A stretch of DNA of 64,000 nucleotides, from NCBI GenBank assembly GCA_963730935.1, contig CAVSTP010000004.1, positions 1,344,001-1,408,000 on the forward strand, in the 5' to 3' direction. Origin of the DNA: an uncultured Nitrospiraceae bacterium (GTDB taxonomy: Bacteria; Nitrospirota; Nitrospiria; Nitrospirales; Nitrospiraceae). Within the stretch, counting starts at the first letter, position 1. Every line of letters begins with the position of its first letter. Position numbers and translations under genes: made by a program. Under the pieces are notes generated by a model. It did no database searches. It saw only the letters and a list, made by a program, of their open reading frames with translations, and was not told the DNA's origin. Positions 22,101-32,845 of this stretch are shown in pieces.

Positions 22101-22433
22101 TTACACCGGCTCGGCGTCTTCCTCATCATCAGGGGGAGGCAGACCCAGCGATTCCGGATGCCGTTTGGACACTTCCTCGTACACTTCATCGAGCCAGCGG
22201 CCGGCACACCCCAGCACTTCGCGAACAAGCGGTTCCGGTTGGCCCGTCCGTTTGATCGTCCATTGGGACACGTACTCCAATAAAGCGTCACGATCGAGTT
22301 GGCGTGTGGACTGCACCGCCAGCTCGCTCAGCTCTCCGAGTCCGGTCTTGAGGATATCGGCCACCGTTTCGCGGCCATAGGAGGTGCTGGCCGTGACATA
22401 CTGGACCGCACGATTGATTTCCTGATCGTTCAT
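22101..22433 (-). CDS. Hypothetical acidic 110-aa protein
   Basis: MNDQEINRAVQY...; the longer 5' extension in the ORF track overlaps pepF. Confidence 0.7.
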   Translation of the reverse strand: MNDQEINRAVQYVTASTSYGRETVADILKTGLGELSELAVQSTRQLDRDALLEYVSQWTIKRTGQPEPLVREVLGCAGRWLDEVYEEVSKRHPESLGLPPPDDEEDAEPV

Positions 22434-22589
22434 CACAAGACTCTCCAGCAGATTTTCACATCCCCTCACAGAGCTGTCAAACGGATCCGTCGCTGGGCGT
22501 CCTGCAATGGCGCAGATTTTTTTGCGCGCCGGCATATGACGGATGGTAAGATCGATTTGATATTCATCTTTGCCCATAAGGAGCCATGC

Positions 22590-24383
22590 ATGGCCGCCAC
22601 CCACAGTGATCGAAAATCCCGACGCACGGTGATCCCCGATCGATGGGATTTGACCGACCTGGTTAAAGACCCGCTTCGCCAACTCGAGGCGCATCTCTCG
22701 GCCATCGAGGTGCAAGTCACTCAGATCGAATCGGCACGCGCGACCCTCAGCCCTGCCTTGTCGGGCAATGACTTTGCCTCGATCCTGACCCTCAGTGAAT
22801 CCGTGGCCCAGAGCGCTTCCCGTCTCGGAGCCTATGCGTACCTTTGGTTTTCCGAAAACACCGGGGACAGCAAGGCGCGCTCCTTCAAAACCAAGGTGGA
22901 AGAGCGCCTGACCGTCTTGCAAAACCGTTTGCTGTTCTTCGAGTTGTGGTGGCAGGGCATCGAAGAGAAGAATGCGGCCCGCTTGTTGGACGGATCAGGT
23001 GATGTGCGATATCACCTGGAAACCATCCGCCGTTATACACCGCATACGCTGACCGAGCCCGAGGAAAAGATCATCAATGTCAAGAATGTGACTGGCCGAA
23101 GCGCCGTTAACACGCTCTACGACGTAGTGACGAACGGCTTGACATTCACGATGAAGGTCGGGAGGAAAAAGCAGGTCCTCAACCGCGAGGGGTTGATGAC
23201 GCATGTGCGCAGTCCGAAGGCTTCAGTGCGTCAAGCCGCCTACCAGGAGCTCTATCGAGTCTTCTCGGCCCAGCGCGATGTGCTCGGCGAAATGTACAAG
23301 ACGCTGGTCAACGACTGGAAATCAGAGAACCTGGGTCTGCGACGCTTCACATCCCCGATTGCCGCTCGGAATCTAGGCAACGATGTGCCCGATACAGCCG
23401 TTGACGTGCTGTTATCCGTCTGCGCAGAGAACGCCGATCTGTTCCAACAATATTTCAAACTCAAGGCCCGCATCTGCGGCATCAGGTCAATGAGCCGCTA
23501 CCATCTCTATGCCCCGCACCGCACCGACCTGAAAAAATACCGGTACCCGGACGCGGTCCACATGGTCTTGGAGGCCTATCGGGGCTTTTCTCCCCAGCTG
23601 GCCGACCTTGCCCGCCAGGTCTTTAGCGATCGCCACATCGACGCTCCCACCAGACCAGGAAAACTCGGCGGCGCCTTTTGCTACAGCGTCGTCCCGGAAC
23701 TTACGCCCTACGTCCTGTTGAACTATACGGGCGATGCCCGCGACATCGCCACGATGGCGCACGAACTCGGCCACGCGGTGCACGGCATGCTGGCGGCGCA
23801 CCATTCGGTCTTTACATTCCATTCAACCTTGCCGCTGGCTGAGACGGCTTCGGTCTTCGGCGAGCGGATCTTGTCGGATGCGCTCATGCAGCAGGAATCG
23901 AACAAGAAAATCCGGCAGGGCTTATTGCTCAGCCAGCTCGACGACATCTACGCGACCGTTCTGCGCCAGGCCTACTTTGTGCGATTTGAGCGCATCGCCC
24001 ACCAGATGATCGCCGAGGGAGCGACGGGGGACCAACTTGCGCAGACCTACTTGAGCGAGTTACGCCAGCAGTTCGGGAAGGCGGTGAAAGTGCCGGAAGA
24101 GTTCAAGTGGGAATGGCTGACGATCCCGCATATCTATGCGAGTCCCTTTTATTGCTATGCATACAGTTTCGGTAATCTGCTCGTGTTGGCCCTGTACCGT
24201 ACCTATCAGCAGGAAGGACCCACCTTCGTGCCGAAGTATCTCGATCTGCTCGCCACCGGCGGCTCGATGTCGCCTGAGCGCATTCTCGCTACCGTGAACG
24301 TCGATATGACCTCGAAGAGCTTTTGGCAATCGGGATTCACGACAATCAAGGACATGATCGACCAGCTCGAAGCCACCCTCTAA
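22590..24383 (+). CDS. pepF: Oligoendopeptidase F (M3B)
   Basis: AHELGHAVH, AETAS, HIY..PFYCYAY; AAGGAG RBS. Confidence 0.9.
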   Translation: MAATHSDRKSRRTVIPDRWDLTDLVKDPLRQLEAHLSAIEVQVTQIESARATLSPALSGNDFASILTLSESVAQSASRLGAYAYLWFSENTGDSKARSFKTKVEERLTVLQNRLLFFELWWQGIEEKNAARLLDGSGDVRYHLETIRRYTPHTLTEPEEKIINVKNVTGRSAVNTLYDVVTNGLTFTMKVGRKKQVLNREGLMTHVRSPKASVRQAAYQELYRVFSAQRDVLGEMYKTLVNDWKSENLGLRRFTSPIAARNLGNDVPDTAVDVLLSVCAENADLFQQYFKLKARICGIRSMSRYHLYAPHRTDLKKYRYPDAVHMVLEAYRGFSPQLADLARQVFSDRHIDAPTRPGKLGGAFCYSVVPELTPYVLLNYTGDARDIATMAHELGHAVHGMLAAHHSVFTFHSTLPLAETASVFGERILSDALMQQESNKKIRQGLLLSQLDDIYATVLRQAYFVRFERIAHQMIAEGATGDQLAQTYLSELRQQFGKAVKVPEEFKWEWLTIPHIYASPFYCYAYSFGNLLVLALYRTYQQEGPTFVPKYLDLLATGGSMSPERILATVNVDMTSKSFWQSGFTTIKDMIDQLEATL

Positions 24384-24436
24384 ATTGGTGGGAAACCAAG
24401 GGAAAACTGGCTCTCCCGCTAAAACATTGCAACCTG

Positions 24437-24479
24437 TTGACAGATCCCTCCAGTCGTGGCATACTGAGAATGCTTCTCA
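24437..24479 (+). promoter_or_regulatory. Sigma70-type promoter overlapped by a Fur-box-like palindrome upstream of bfd
   Basis: TTGACA(24437)-17 nt-CATACT with TG extension; TGAGAAT-G-CTTCTCA (24465-24479) 7-1-7 inverted repeat. Confidence 0.7.
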
Positions 24480-24505
24480 TAATCGTTCTTGCCGAGGGAG
24501 GCATT

Positions 24506-24706
24506 ATGTATCTGTGCTTGTGCAAGGGAATCACCGACTCGGATATCCGCGACGCGGCACGTGCGGGCATCGTGATGCCATGCCAGATCAAAGCCAAGTT
24601 CGGCTTGAAAGACTCCGGCTGTTGCGGCCGATGCTCCAAAAACATTCAGCACTTCGTGGAACTTGCCAAGAACGAACATCGTCTACTTAACCCCGTCAGC
24701 ACCTGA
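24506..24706 (+). CDS. bfd: Bacterioferritin-associated [2Fe-2S] ferredoxin
   Basis: MYLCLCKGITDSDI...CCGRC; GGAGG RBS. Confidence 0.85.
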   Translation: MYLCLCKGITDSDIRDAARAGIVMPCQIKAKFGLKDSGCCGRCSKNIQHFVELAKNEHRLLNPVST

Positions 24707-24810
24707 AGTACTCGCCCTTCCCGACACAACGCGCAGCGCTCGTCATCTTTCGAGGCTCAATGCCTTCGGTGTGATCTTCTCAACAGGATTCTAGATTGAA
24801 CCAGAACGGA

Positions 24811-25437
24811 CTAGTTGGAGGGGGTGGGTCTCAGCATGGCAGCGACTTCGGCCACTCGTCGTCCGAGCGCCTGAGCATCGGCCAATTCTTTCTTGTCGAT
24901 ACCGGGGCTGTCGCCCTCCGTCGTGGCGGAAGCGCCGAATGCACCGCCCCCGCTGACGACAATCATCTGGTTGCCAAGCATGGCCGCAAGAATCGTCAGC
25001 ATCGTCACTTCCTTGCCGCTGGAGATCTGTCCTCCGGTAGCAAAGGCGGCCCCAATCTTATTCTTCATTTTGAATTCCGGAAAAACACCGAATTTGAACT
25101 GCCAGTTATCAAAGAAGGTTTTCACCTCGCCGGACATGTTGGACCAATACACCGGCGAGCCGATGACAATCGCGTCGGAGGAAAACAAATCGTCCGCCGT
25201 CACCTGTCCCACCCGCTTGAGCACGACAATCGTGCCGGCTAAACTCTTAGCGCCCTCGACGACGGCCTCCGCCATGCGTTCCGTATTGCCAGACTGCGAA
25301 TGATATGCGACCAGCACCTTGACGGCGGTCGGAGCCGATTCAGCCGCAGAAACGAGATTGGAGTCGAGTGCAACGTGGGATACAATCAGGCAGAAAACGA
25401 GGCGAGAGAAGAACTGGTGCCAGTTGCCCCGGATCAC
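24811..25437 (-). CDS. Flavodoxin-like WrbA-family NAD(P)H:quinone oxidoreductase with N-terminal hydrophobic extension
   Basis: YHSQSGNTERMA, GSPVYW, GAAFATGG; GTGA coupling with the upstream gene. Confidence 0.8.
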   Translation of the reverse strand: MIRGNWHQFFSRLVFCLIVSHVALDSNLVSAAESAPTAVKVLVAYHSQSGNTERMAEAVVEGAKSLAGTIVVLKRVGQVTADDLFSSDAIVIGSPVYWSNMSGEVKTFFDNWQFKFGVFPEFKMKNKIGAAFATGGQISSGKEVTMLTILAAMLGNQMIVVSGGGAFGASATTEGDSPGIDKKELADAQALGRRVAEVAAMLRPTPSN

Positions 25438-25619
25438 CGACGAAACGTTTCCTCTTCCATGCGCTCCTCGACAGAGACATCGGTCAAGGCGCCGCGATAG
25501 TCGCATCGATGGCACCGGACGCGCCAGGATTCGATCCACTTTTCCTGAACATAAGACTGGCGGCATTTGGGGCAGACGAACACACCTTTCACATAGTGCA
25601 CTTTCCTGACTTCCTTCAT
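25434..25619 (-). CDS. Small Zn-ribbon protein (61 aa)
   Basis: CPKC...CHRC; GGAGG RBS. Confidence 0.7.
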   Translation of the reverse strand: MKEVRKVHYVKGVFVCPKCRQSYVQEKWIESWRVRCHRCDYRGALTDVSVEERMEEETFRR

Positions 25620-25690
25620 GCGGCCTCCAGTGGTTGCCGTTGAGAATCGCACAGGTCGTGGCGGGATTGCAAGGCAAGTGGGGCAGTCAA

Positions 25691-25857
25691 GGCTGTTCGA
25701 GAAGACCGTCGGCCGAGCAGATACATACCAAGCTTCGCTTGAACAGCTCGCTTCGATCAAACGCGAGCAGATATTTACTTTGCCTTCAGTTAGCTCGTAC
25801 GTTGAGGGCTTGCGCGAGGCGAGAACACCTGGGTGACCACGGTTCTTTTCAACAGCC
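25691..25857. mobile_element. Putative MITE-like element with imperfect terminal inverted repeats
   Basis: GGCTGTTCGAGAAGACCGT ... ACGGTTCTTTTCAACAGCC; intergenic with no credible ORF. Confidence 0.5.
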
Positions 25858-25903
25858 GCCCGTTTGCCTTGACTCGTGAAGTGTCCGCCGATAGGATCGC
25901 CAC

Positions 25904-26356
25904 GTGCACATCCGATGGCTCATCGTCTTTGCAGTAGCGCTGCTGACGGCGCTTCCTTCCTGCATCCAAGCCGATGACGGTCTTATTCCTATTCAGCTTC
26001 CCGGGGGCGTGATCATCCAAGCCGAGATCGCCAACACGATGAAGAAGCGTGCCGAAGGGTTGATGTACCGAGAATACCTGGCCAAGGACCGCGGGATGCT
26101 GTTCACGTTCGATCAAGCGCAGCCCTGGACCTTTTGGATGAAGAACACGAAGATCCCGCTCGATATCATCTGGATGAACGAAAAAAAGCAGATCATCCAC
26201 ATCGCACGGAACGTTCCGATCTGCACGAGGAACGACGACGGCTGTCCACAGTATCAGCCGAATGATCCGGCGATGTATGTCTTGGAGCTTAGCGGAGGCG
26301 AGGCGGAGCGACTCAAGCTCGAGAAAGGTTCGAAGTTGCAGTTCCGACTACCATAA
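25904..26356 (+). CDS. DUF192-family exported protein
   Basis: GLMYR, GMLF, FWMKNTKIPLDI, YVLEL. Confidence 0.9.
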   Translation: MHIRWLIVFAVALLTALPSCIQADDGLIPIQLPGGVIIQAEIANTMKKRAEGLMYREYLAKDRGMLFTFDQAQPWTFWMKNTKIPLDIIWMNEKKQIIHIARNVPICTRNDDGCPQYQPNDPAMYVLELSGGEAERLKLEKGSKLQFRLP

Positions 26357-26394
26357 CAAGAACGAACCTACGATCCTTTTGAACAGCCTCGGGC

Positions 26395-28566
26395 TTATTT
26401 TTCCTGCCAGGCCCTGACGCGCCGTGCCGTAATGACGCCATCCACCCGTTCAATCGCTTTCAACACTTGATCCAGGTGCTCGGTCCCTGAAATTTCGACA
26501 ATGAAATCGAGCACGGCCTTACGGTCTTCTCTGGTGCCGATCTCAGCCCGGCTGATGTTGGCATGGCATTCGGCAATGGCAGAAGAAACATTCGCCAGCA
26601 CGCCCGTTTTGTCTACCGCCATCACGGAAACTTTTACGGCATGCGTGCTGGGCGTCGCACTGTCCCACTCCACCTCGACCAAGCGTTCCCTGTCATAATC
26701 GAGCGCTTCCAGGTTTGGACAATCGACCGCGTGGATCGTCAATCCCCGTCCCCGGGTAATGTAGCCAAGGATCCTGTCTCCTGGAACCGGATTGCAGCAC
26801 CGGGACAACTGCATCAAGACGTCTCGCGCCCCCTTTACCTTTACACCTTTATCATCGGATTTACCGGCGACCGCCTTGCGCGGGGCCGGTCGCGTTTCCA
26901 GAGGCGCATTCGCGGAGGATGTCAGTTTTTCCAGCACGTTCGCCGCGGGTAGGTGCCCAAAGCCGACTGAGGCGATCAGATCGTCGGTGCTGTCGTAGCC
27001 AGATTGTCTCGCTGCCGCGGCCAGTTCGGGCGATTTGAGCATCTGTGCCGGCGCCATACCATGACGGCGGAATTCCGATTCCAGGAGGCGGCGGCCGATT
27101 TCTATGCTGCGCTTCTGTTCTTCGACCTTGATCCAATGCTTGATCTTGGTTTTGGCCCGCGAGGTGCGGACGAATTTCAGCCAGTCTTTGTGCGGTGTTT
27201 GAGTGGGCGACGTGAGAATCTCGACCGTGTCGCCGCTTTCGACCTGATGCTTCAACGGAACAATCTTGCCATTTACCTTCGCCCCGACACAGTGGTCGCC
27301 GACCTCGGTATGGATGGCGTAGGCAAAATCGACCGGCGTCGAGCCGCGCGGAAGTTCCTTCACGATACCTTTGGGGGTGAACACGTAGACCACGTCGTGG
27401 AAGAGGTCCAGTTTCACCGAATCCATGAATTGGCGGTTGTCCGGCAGATCGCGATGCCACTCAACGAACTGATGCAGCCAACCGAAGGTTTTGCTGTCGC
27501 GGTCCGTCACGCGGCCCTGCTCCTTGTACTTCCAATGTGCCGCGATGCCGCATTCCGCCACCCGATGCATCTCGTCCGTGCGGATCTGAAATTCGACGTG
27601 CTCGCCCTTGGGACCGACCACAGTCGTATGGATCGATTGATAGAGATTGGATTTCGGGATGGCGATGTAGTCTTTGAATCGGCCGGGCACCGGGCGCCAC
27701 AACGAATGAATCACGCCTACGAGCGCGTAGCAGTTCATTTTCGTATCGGTCACGATGCGTAGGGCGGTCAGATCGTACACCTCCTCGAACGAGATCGACT
27801 GCTTGTTCATCTTCTGATAAATGCCGTAGAGATGCTTGGGGCGACCGTAGACCTGCCCGGTCAAACCGTGATCTTGTAGCGCCTTCGTGACCAACTCGAT
27901 GACTTCCTGAATGTACTGCTGCCGGTCCTCATCGCGTTTGGCCACGCGGGTGCGCATCAGTTCATACACGTCAGGCTTGAGGTGCTTGAGACAGAGGTCT
28001 TCCAGCTCGTTCTTGATCCAACCGATGCCCAGCCGGTTGGCCAACGGCGCGTAAATTTCCAGCGTTTCCTCCGCAATGGCCTGCCGTTTCGCAGGGCTCA
28101 AATGCTCGAGGGTGCGCATGTTGTGCAGGCGGTCGGCCAGCTTGATGAGCACGACGCGAATGTCGTCCGCCATCGAGAGCAGCATCTTGCGGAAATTTTC
28201 CGCCTGCTTTTCCTCATGGCTCTTGAACGTGATCTTGCCGATCTTCGTGACACCGTCGACGAGATGCACCACGTCCTTCCCGAACTCGCTCTCGAGTTCT
28301 TCGGGCGTGGCCATCGTGTCCTCAAGCGTGTCATGGAGCAATGCGGCAACGATGGCAGTCACGTCCGTCTTCAAGGACGTCAGCACACCGGCGACCGCGA
28401 TGGGATGTTGCAAATAGGGCTCGCCCGAACGGCGCCGTTGCCCTTCGTGCACCTTCGCTGAAAACTCGTACGCTTTTCGCACGACGCCGAGGTCCGCCTC
28501 CGCGTTATAGCTCTTTAGGCGGTCGAGCAGTTGGTCGATGTCCATGACCGTTTGATTCGGCATCAC
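26395..28566 (-). CDS. spoT: Bifunctional (p)ppGpp synthetase/hydrolase
   Basis: HD domain (LLHDT, KLADRLHN), synthetase (YQSIHT, EFQIRT), TGS and ACT domains. Confidence 0.95.
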   Translation of the reverse strand: MMPNQTVMDIDQLLDRLKSYNAEADLGVVRKAYEFSAKVHEGQRRRSGEPYLQHPIAVAGVLTSLKTDVTAIVAALLHDTLEDTMATPEELESEFGKDVVHLVDGVTKIGKITFKSHEEKQAENFRKMLLSMADDIRVVLIKLADRLHNMRTLEHLSPAKRQAIAEETLEIYAPLANRLGIGWIKNELEDLCLKHLKPDVYELMRTRVAKRDEDRQQYIQEVIELVTKALQDHGLTGQVYGRPKHLYGIYQKMNKQSISFEEVYDLTALRIVTDTKMNCYALVGVIHSLWRPVPGRFKDYIAIPKSNLYQSIHTTVVGPKGEHVEFQIRTDEMHRVAECGIAAHWKYKEQGRVTDRDSKTFGWLHQFVEWHRDLPDNRQFMDSVKLDLFHDVVYVFTPKGIVKELPRGSTPVDFAYAIHTEVGDHCVGAKVNGKIVPLKHQVESGDTVEILTSPTQTPHKDWLKFVRTSRAKTKIKHWIKVEEQKRSIEIGRRLLESEFRRHGMAPAQMLKSPELAAAARQSGYDSTDDLIASVGFGHLPAANVLEKLTSSANAPLETRPAPRKAVAGKSDDKGVKVKGARDVLMQLSRCCNPVPGDRILGYITRGRGLTIHAVDCPNLEALDYDRERLVEVEWDSATPSTHAVKVSVMAVDKTGVLANVSSAIAECHANISRAEIGTREDRKAVLDFIVEISGTEHLDQVLKAIERVDGVITARRVRAWQEK

Positions 28567-30266
28567 GCGGTTCCCTGATCGCTGATGCGGAGATCGCGGA
28601 TACGCAACTGAATCCGGTCATAGCCGTTCCAGCGGTTCAATTCCGGCAGGAAAGCCAGGTCGACCGGCGTGCGCGCGGGGATGCCGCGATCGAGCAGCGA
28701 CTTCATGCCGAAACCGATGCTGTCGAACAGCATTGAGCGTCCCTGCCGCACCGTCATCTTCAAGTGCTTCTCCCCCACCGTACGCGACTCCATCACTTCC
28801 AAACCTTTGACAGCGAAGGTCGGCTCGGGATTGCCGGCGCCGAACGGATGGAAGGCGCCGATTTCCTTAATGAGCGTTGCCGTCACCTCGGATAATTGTA
28901 CCTCCGCATCCACATGCAATGTCGGTACGGCAGGGACTCCGCAGGTCCACTCCGCGACAGCGGCCGTAAACCGGTCCCGAAATTCATCCAGACGCGATTC
29001 CTGCACCGTGACTCCGGCCGCGGCGGGATGTCCCCCGAAGGCGTCCAAGAGGTCCTCGCAGGCTGCAAGCCCTTGATACAAATCGAATCCTCCAACTGTC
29101 CGCGCCGAGCCTTTGCCGATCCCACCTTCATCGATAGCAATGACAATCGTCGGCCGGTGGAACCGTTCCACGAGACGGGCGGCGGCGATCCCCACCACCC
29201 CCACATGCCAGCGCCGGGCCGCGAGAACCAGCGCGGCCGGCAACTCCTGCTCGTTCACCGCCTCGACAGCCTCCGACACGACGTCGGCTTCGATTTTCTG
29301 CCGCTCGCGATTGAGCCCCTCCAACCGCTCGGCCAACCGCTGCGCTTCGGCCGGCGACTCGGTCGTCAGCAGCTGCACACCCAACATCGCATGGTCCAGC
29401 CGTCCAGCGGCATTGAGTCTTGGAGCGAGCTTGAACGCAATCGTCTCAGGCGAGCAATCCCGCACGACACCGGCCACTTGCTTCAAGGCTCTGATCCCGC
29501 AGCGCGCTCCGCGGGAGATCTGCACGAGCCCCTGCTGAACAAACCCGCGATTCTCATCCTGTAACGGCACCACATCGGCGATCGTCGCCAGCGCCACGAG
29601 ATCCAGCAGCGATTCCAAGGGCACGCCCGCCTCGCCGTAGCGCAGTTGATAAGCCTGCACGACTTTGTAGGCCAGTCCCGCGGAACAGAGCCCTCGAAAG
29701 GGATACTGTGCGCCGGCCCGATGAGGATTCATCACGGCGACCGCCGGAGGGATGGCCTCACCGGTTTGGTGATGGTCCGTCACAATAACGTCCATGCCCA
29801 GCTGCTTGGCCAGTCCGATTTCATGATGCGACGTCGTCCCGCAATCGGAGGTGACCAACAGCGAGACGCCCTCATCGTGCAGCCGCTGCACCGCCCCGGC
29901 GTTCAATCCATACCCTTCCCGTTTGCGATGCGGCACATAGGCCCGCACATTGGCTCCGAGTGATCCAAAAAACGACAGGTACAGCGCAGTGGCCGACATA
30001 CCGTCGACATCGTAATCGCCGTAAAAACAGACCGGCTCCTGGACGGACACGGCGCGGTGCAAGCGTTCGACCGCTACCTCGATGTCAGGAATCAGAAAGG
30101 GATCGTGCGGAAGTTGATGGGACATCCAACTCGTCGCTTCATGAGGCGTGGTAACGCCCCGGGCCAGGAGCAAGGAGGCAGTCGCAGAAGAAATTGAGAG
30201 GGCCTGCGCCAGAGAGGCACAATGGAAGGGATTGAACTCACGGAAGACCCAGAGCTTGGACTTCAT
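28563..30266 (-). CDS. recJ: ssDNA-specific exonuclease RecJ
   Basis: GDYDVDG, TDHH, TIADVV, PRLNAAGR, KGSAR, GGHPAAAG, PFGAGNPEP. Confidence 0.95.
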   Translation of the reverse strand: MKSKLWVFREFNPFHCASLAQALSISSATASLLLARGVTTPHEATSWMSHQLPHDPFLIPDIEVAVERLHRAVSVQEPVCFYGDYDVDGMSATALYLSFFGSLGANVRAYVPHRKREGYGLNAGAVQRLHDEGVSLLVTSDCGTTSHHEIGLAKQLGMDVIVTDHHQTGEAIPPAVAVMNPHRAGAQYPFRGLCSAGLAYKVVQAYQLRYGEAGVPLESLLDLVALATIADVVPLQDENRGFVQQGLVQISRGARCGIRALKQVAGVVRDCSPETIAFKLAPRLNAAGRLDHAMLGVQLLTTESPAEAQRLAERLEGLNRERQKIEADVVSEAVEAVNEQELPAALVLAARRWHVGVVGIAAARLVERFHRPTIVIAIDEGGIGKGSARTVGGFDLYQGLAACEDLLDAFGGHPAAAGVTVQESRLDEFRDRFTAAVAEWTCGVPAVPTLHVDAEVQLSEVTATLIKEIGAFHPFGAGNPEPTFAVKGLEVMESRTVGEKHLKMTVRQGRSMLFDSIGFGMKSLLDRGIPARTPVDLAFLPELNRWNGYDRIQLRIRDLRISDQGTA

Positions 30267-30453
30267 GCCACCTCGAACGAGCCTGAGCCTGTGATGGCCG
30301 TAAGATGCTGAGATTTCAGCGGATACGACCGTCGAGGCGGATACTATAAGCTCGTTCCATCTTTGTCAAACTAGTCTGATTAGGGTCTTTACGACTGGGA
30401 AGGTGCAGTGTGAGCGGCGCGGCGGGGGAAATGCAGTGTCGAGGGAGAGTGCG

Positions 30454-30651
30454 TTACTCTCCCCCTTTTTGCACGTAATTCTTGACGAATTCTTCAGCGT
30501 TTTTTTCGAGCACGTCGTCGATTTCATCGACCAGCTTGTCGATGTCTTCCTTGAGTTTTTTGCCGGTCTCGACGACCTTAGGGTTGGCTTTGACTTCTTC
30601 TTTACCCTGCGGTTCTCGTCTGACTTCTTGCTTGCGTTCCTGTTTTTCCAT
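30454..30651 (-). CDS. pup: Prokaryotic ubiquitin-like protein Pup
   Basis: C-terminus DEIDDVLEKNAEEFVKNYVQKGGE matches the Pup signature; GGAGG RBS. Confidence 0.9.
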   Translation of the reverse strand: MEKQERKQEVRREPQGKEEVKANPKVVETGKKLKEDIDKLVDEIDDVLEKNAEEFVKNYVQKGGE

Positions 30652-30698
30652 CGCATACCTCCCAGATGGAATCGTGGATCCGCCCTGAGCCTAAGATC

Positions 30699-30727
30699 AC
30701 GATACTCTAGGAGGTCCCTACCGTCAA
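30699..30727 (-). promoter_or_regulatory. Sigma70-type promoter for pup
   Basis: TTGACG-17 nt-TATCGT on the minus strand; CTAGG-N5-CCTAC palindrome in the spacer. Confidence 0.55.
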
Positions 30728-30790
30728 GCTTCGGAGCCGAACCGGCACATTACCTAGTGCTTTGCCGAGGTTCCTCCTCGACGTCCTCTA

Positions 30791-32845
30791 CTACACGATC
30801 AGGGAGACGATCAGTAGCGCCACAATGTTGATGACTTTAATCATCGGGTTCACCGCCGGACCTGCTGTATCTTTATAAGGATCGCCCACGGTGTCGCCGG
30901 TGACGGCGGCCTTGTGCGTCTCACTGCCCTTCTTGCCCTGCTCCTCGATGAATTTCTTCGCATTGTCCCACGCGCCGCCGCCGCTCGTCATCGAGATCGC
31001 GACAAACAGGCCAGTGACAATGCTGCCGACCAGCACCCCGCCGAGCGCTTGGGGTCCGAGGACCACGCCGACGATCACGGGCGACAGGACAGGGATCAAT
31101 CCGGGGATCATCATTTTTTGGATGGCGGCCTGGGTGACGATATCGACGCACGTAGCGTAATCCGGTTTGCCCGTGCCTTCCATGATGCCCTTGATCGTAC
31201 GGAACTGCCGCCGCACTTCTTCGACGATCAATCCCCCCGCTTCACCAACCGCTTTCATGCAGAGGGCACCGAAAATAAACGGCAGCATGCCGCCCAGAAA
31301 CAGTCCCACCAGCACCTTCGGATTAGACAAGTCGAAGGCCGCTAATGCCGGATTGTGCGCGGCCACTTCACGGGAATACTCCGCAAAGAGCACGACGGCC
31401 GCAAGACCGGCGGAGCCGATGGCATATCCCTTCGTCACCGCCTTGGTGGTATTGCCGACCGCATCGAGCGGATCGGTAATATCTCTGACCGCCTTGCCCA
31501 GATGGGCCATCTCTGCGATGCCGCCGGCATTGTCCGTGATTGGACCGAACGCATCGATTGCCACGACGATTCCCGCCATCGACAACATCGATACGGCCGC
31601 CACGGCCACGCCATAGAGTCCCCCGGATTCGGCACCGCCGCAGATCCAAAAACTGCCGAGGATCGACGACGCGATGACCACGACAGGAGCCGCCGTGGCC
31701 TGCATGCCGACCGCGAGCCCGGCGATGATATTGGTCGCATGACCCGTCTCACTCGCTTTGGCAATGTATTGGACCGGCCAGTAGCTCTTTGACGTGTAAT
31801 AGTCGGTAATGAACACCAGTGCCAAGGTCACGACCAGGCCAACTAAAGCAGCAAGGTAATAGTCGAGCCCGCTTACGCCACCCACGCCATCCATGATTCG
31901 CGTGGTCACCGGATAGAACGCAACAGCCGCGATGCCGCCCGCTACGAACAGTCCTTTATAGAGTGCTGGCATGATTCCGCCGCCCGGACTCACCTTCACA
32001 AACAGGATACCGATGATGGTCGCAAAAATGGTCACGCCGCCCAGCGCCAGCGGATAGAGGATCGGCGCGCTCGCGCCTTTGAACATGGTGTAGGCCAGCA
32101 CCATGGCGGCCACGGTGGTCACGGCATAGGTTTCAAATAAGTCCGCGGCCATGCCTGCGCAATCGCCGACGTTGTCGCCGACGTTGTCGGCAATGACGGC
32201 GGGGTTACGAGGGTCGTCTTCAGGAATGCCGGCTTCGACTTTGCCCACGAGATCGGCGCCGACATCGGCCGCTTTCGTATAAATGCCGCCGCCGACGCGC
32301 GCGAAGACCGAAATCAGGCTGCCTCCGAATCCCAGACTCAGCAACGCGTGAACGGCTTTCTCCTGCCCCGAGATCGATTGCGCGATCATATAGAATCCCG
32401 TAATGGCGAGGAGTCCCAACCCGATCAATAACAGCCCCGTGACAGCACCGCCGCGGAAGGCGACCGTCAAGGCGGCATTCATCCCCTGATGCGCCGCCTG
32501 CGCCGTACGCACGTTGGCGCGTACCGCGATGATCATGCCGACGTATCCGGCGAGCGCCGACGCGCTGGCACCCACGAGAAAACCCACAGCGGTCAGAATG
32601 CCGAACTTATCGGAAAAGGTTCCGGCGCCGGCCAGCAGCACGAACAGCACTGCCGCCACGACCCCGACCGTCTTGTACTGCCGATTCATATAGGCACCGG
32701 CGCCTTCTTGAATGGCCTTCGCAATTTCCTGCATTTTCGCGTTCCCGGCGTCCAATCTGAACACCCACATCGCAAGGTACAGACCGTAGGCGATGCCGGT
32801 AACGGCGGCAATCAACGCAAACGTGACAATCGCCGAATCACTCAC
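30791..32845 (-). CDS. hppA: Membrane H+-translocating pyrophosphatase, K+-independent type
   Basis: [36 protein letters not shown] has Lys at the K+-dependence site. Confidence 0.95.
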   Translation of the reverse strand: MSDSAIVTFALIAAVTGIAYGLYLAMWVFRLDAGNAKMQEIAKAIQEGAGAYMNRQYKTVGVVAAVLFVLLAGAGTFSDKFGILTAVGFLVGASASALAGYVGMIIAVRANVRTAQAAHQGMNAALTVAFRGGAVTGLLLIGLGLLAITGFYMIAQSISGQEKAVHALLSLGFGGSLISVFARVGGGIYTKAADVGADLVGKVEAGIPEDDPRNPAVIADNVGDNVGDCAGMAADLFETYAVTTVAAMVLAYTMFKGASAPILYPLALGGVTIFATIIGILFVKVSPGGGIMPALYKGLFVAGGIAAVAFYPVTTRIMDGVGGVSGLDYYLAALVGLVVTLALVFITDYYTSKSYWPVQYIAKASETGHATNIIAGLAVGMQATAAPVVVIASSILGSFWICGGAESGGLYGVAVAAVSMLSMAGIVVAIDAFGPITDNAGGIAEMAHLGKAVRDITDPLDAVGNTTKAVTKGYAIGSAGLAAVVLFAEYSREVAAHNPALAAFDLSNPKVLVGLFLGGMLPFIFGALCMKAVGEAGGLIVEEVRRQFRTIKGIMEGTGKPDYATCVDIVTQAAIQKMMIPGLIPVLSPVIVGVVLGPQALGGVLVGSIVTGLFVAISMTSGGGAWDNAKKFIEEQGKKGSETHKAAVTGDTVGDPYKDTAGPAVNPMIKVINIVALLIVSLIV

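Noticed and set aside
30454..30651. UBact instead of Pup
   Set aside because: The C-terminal helix matches the Pup signature (EIDDVLE.NAE.FV..YVQKGG), not an R-[S/T]-G-E type ending
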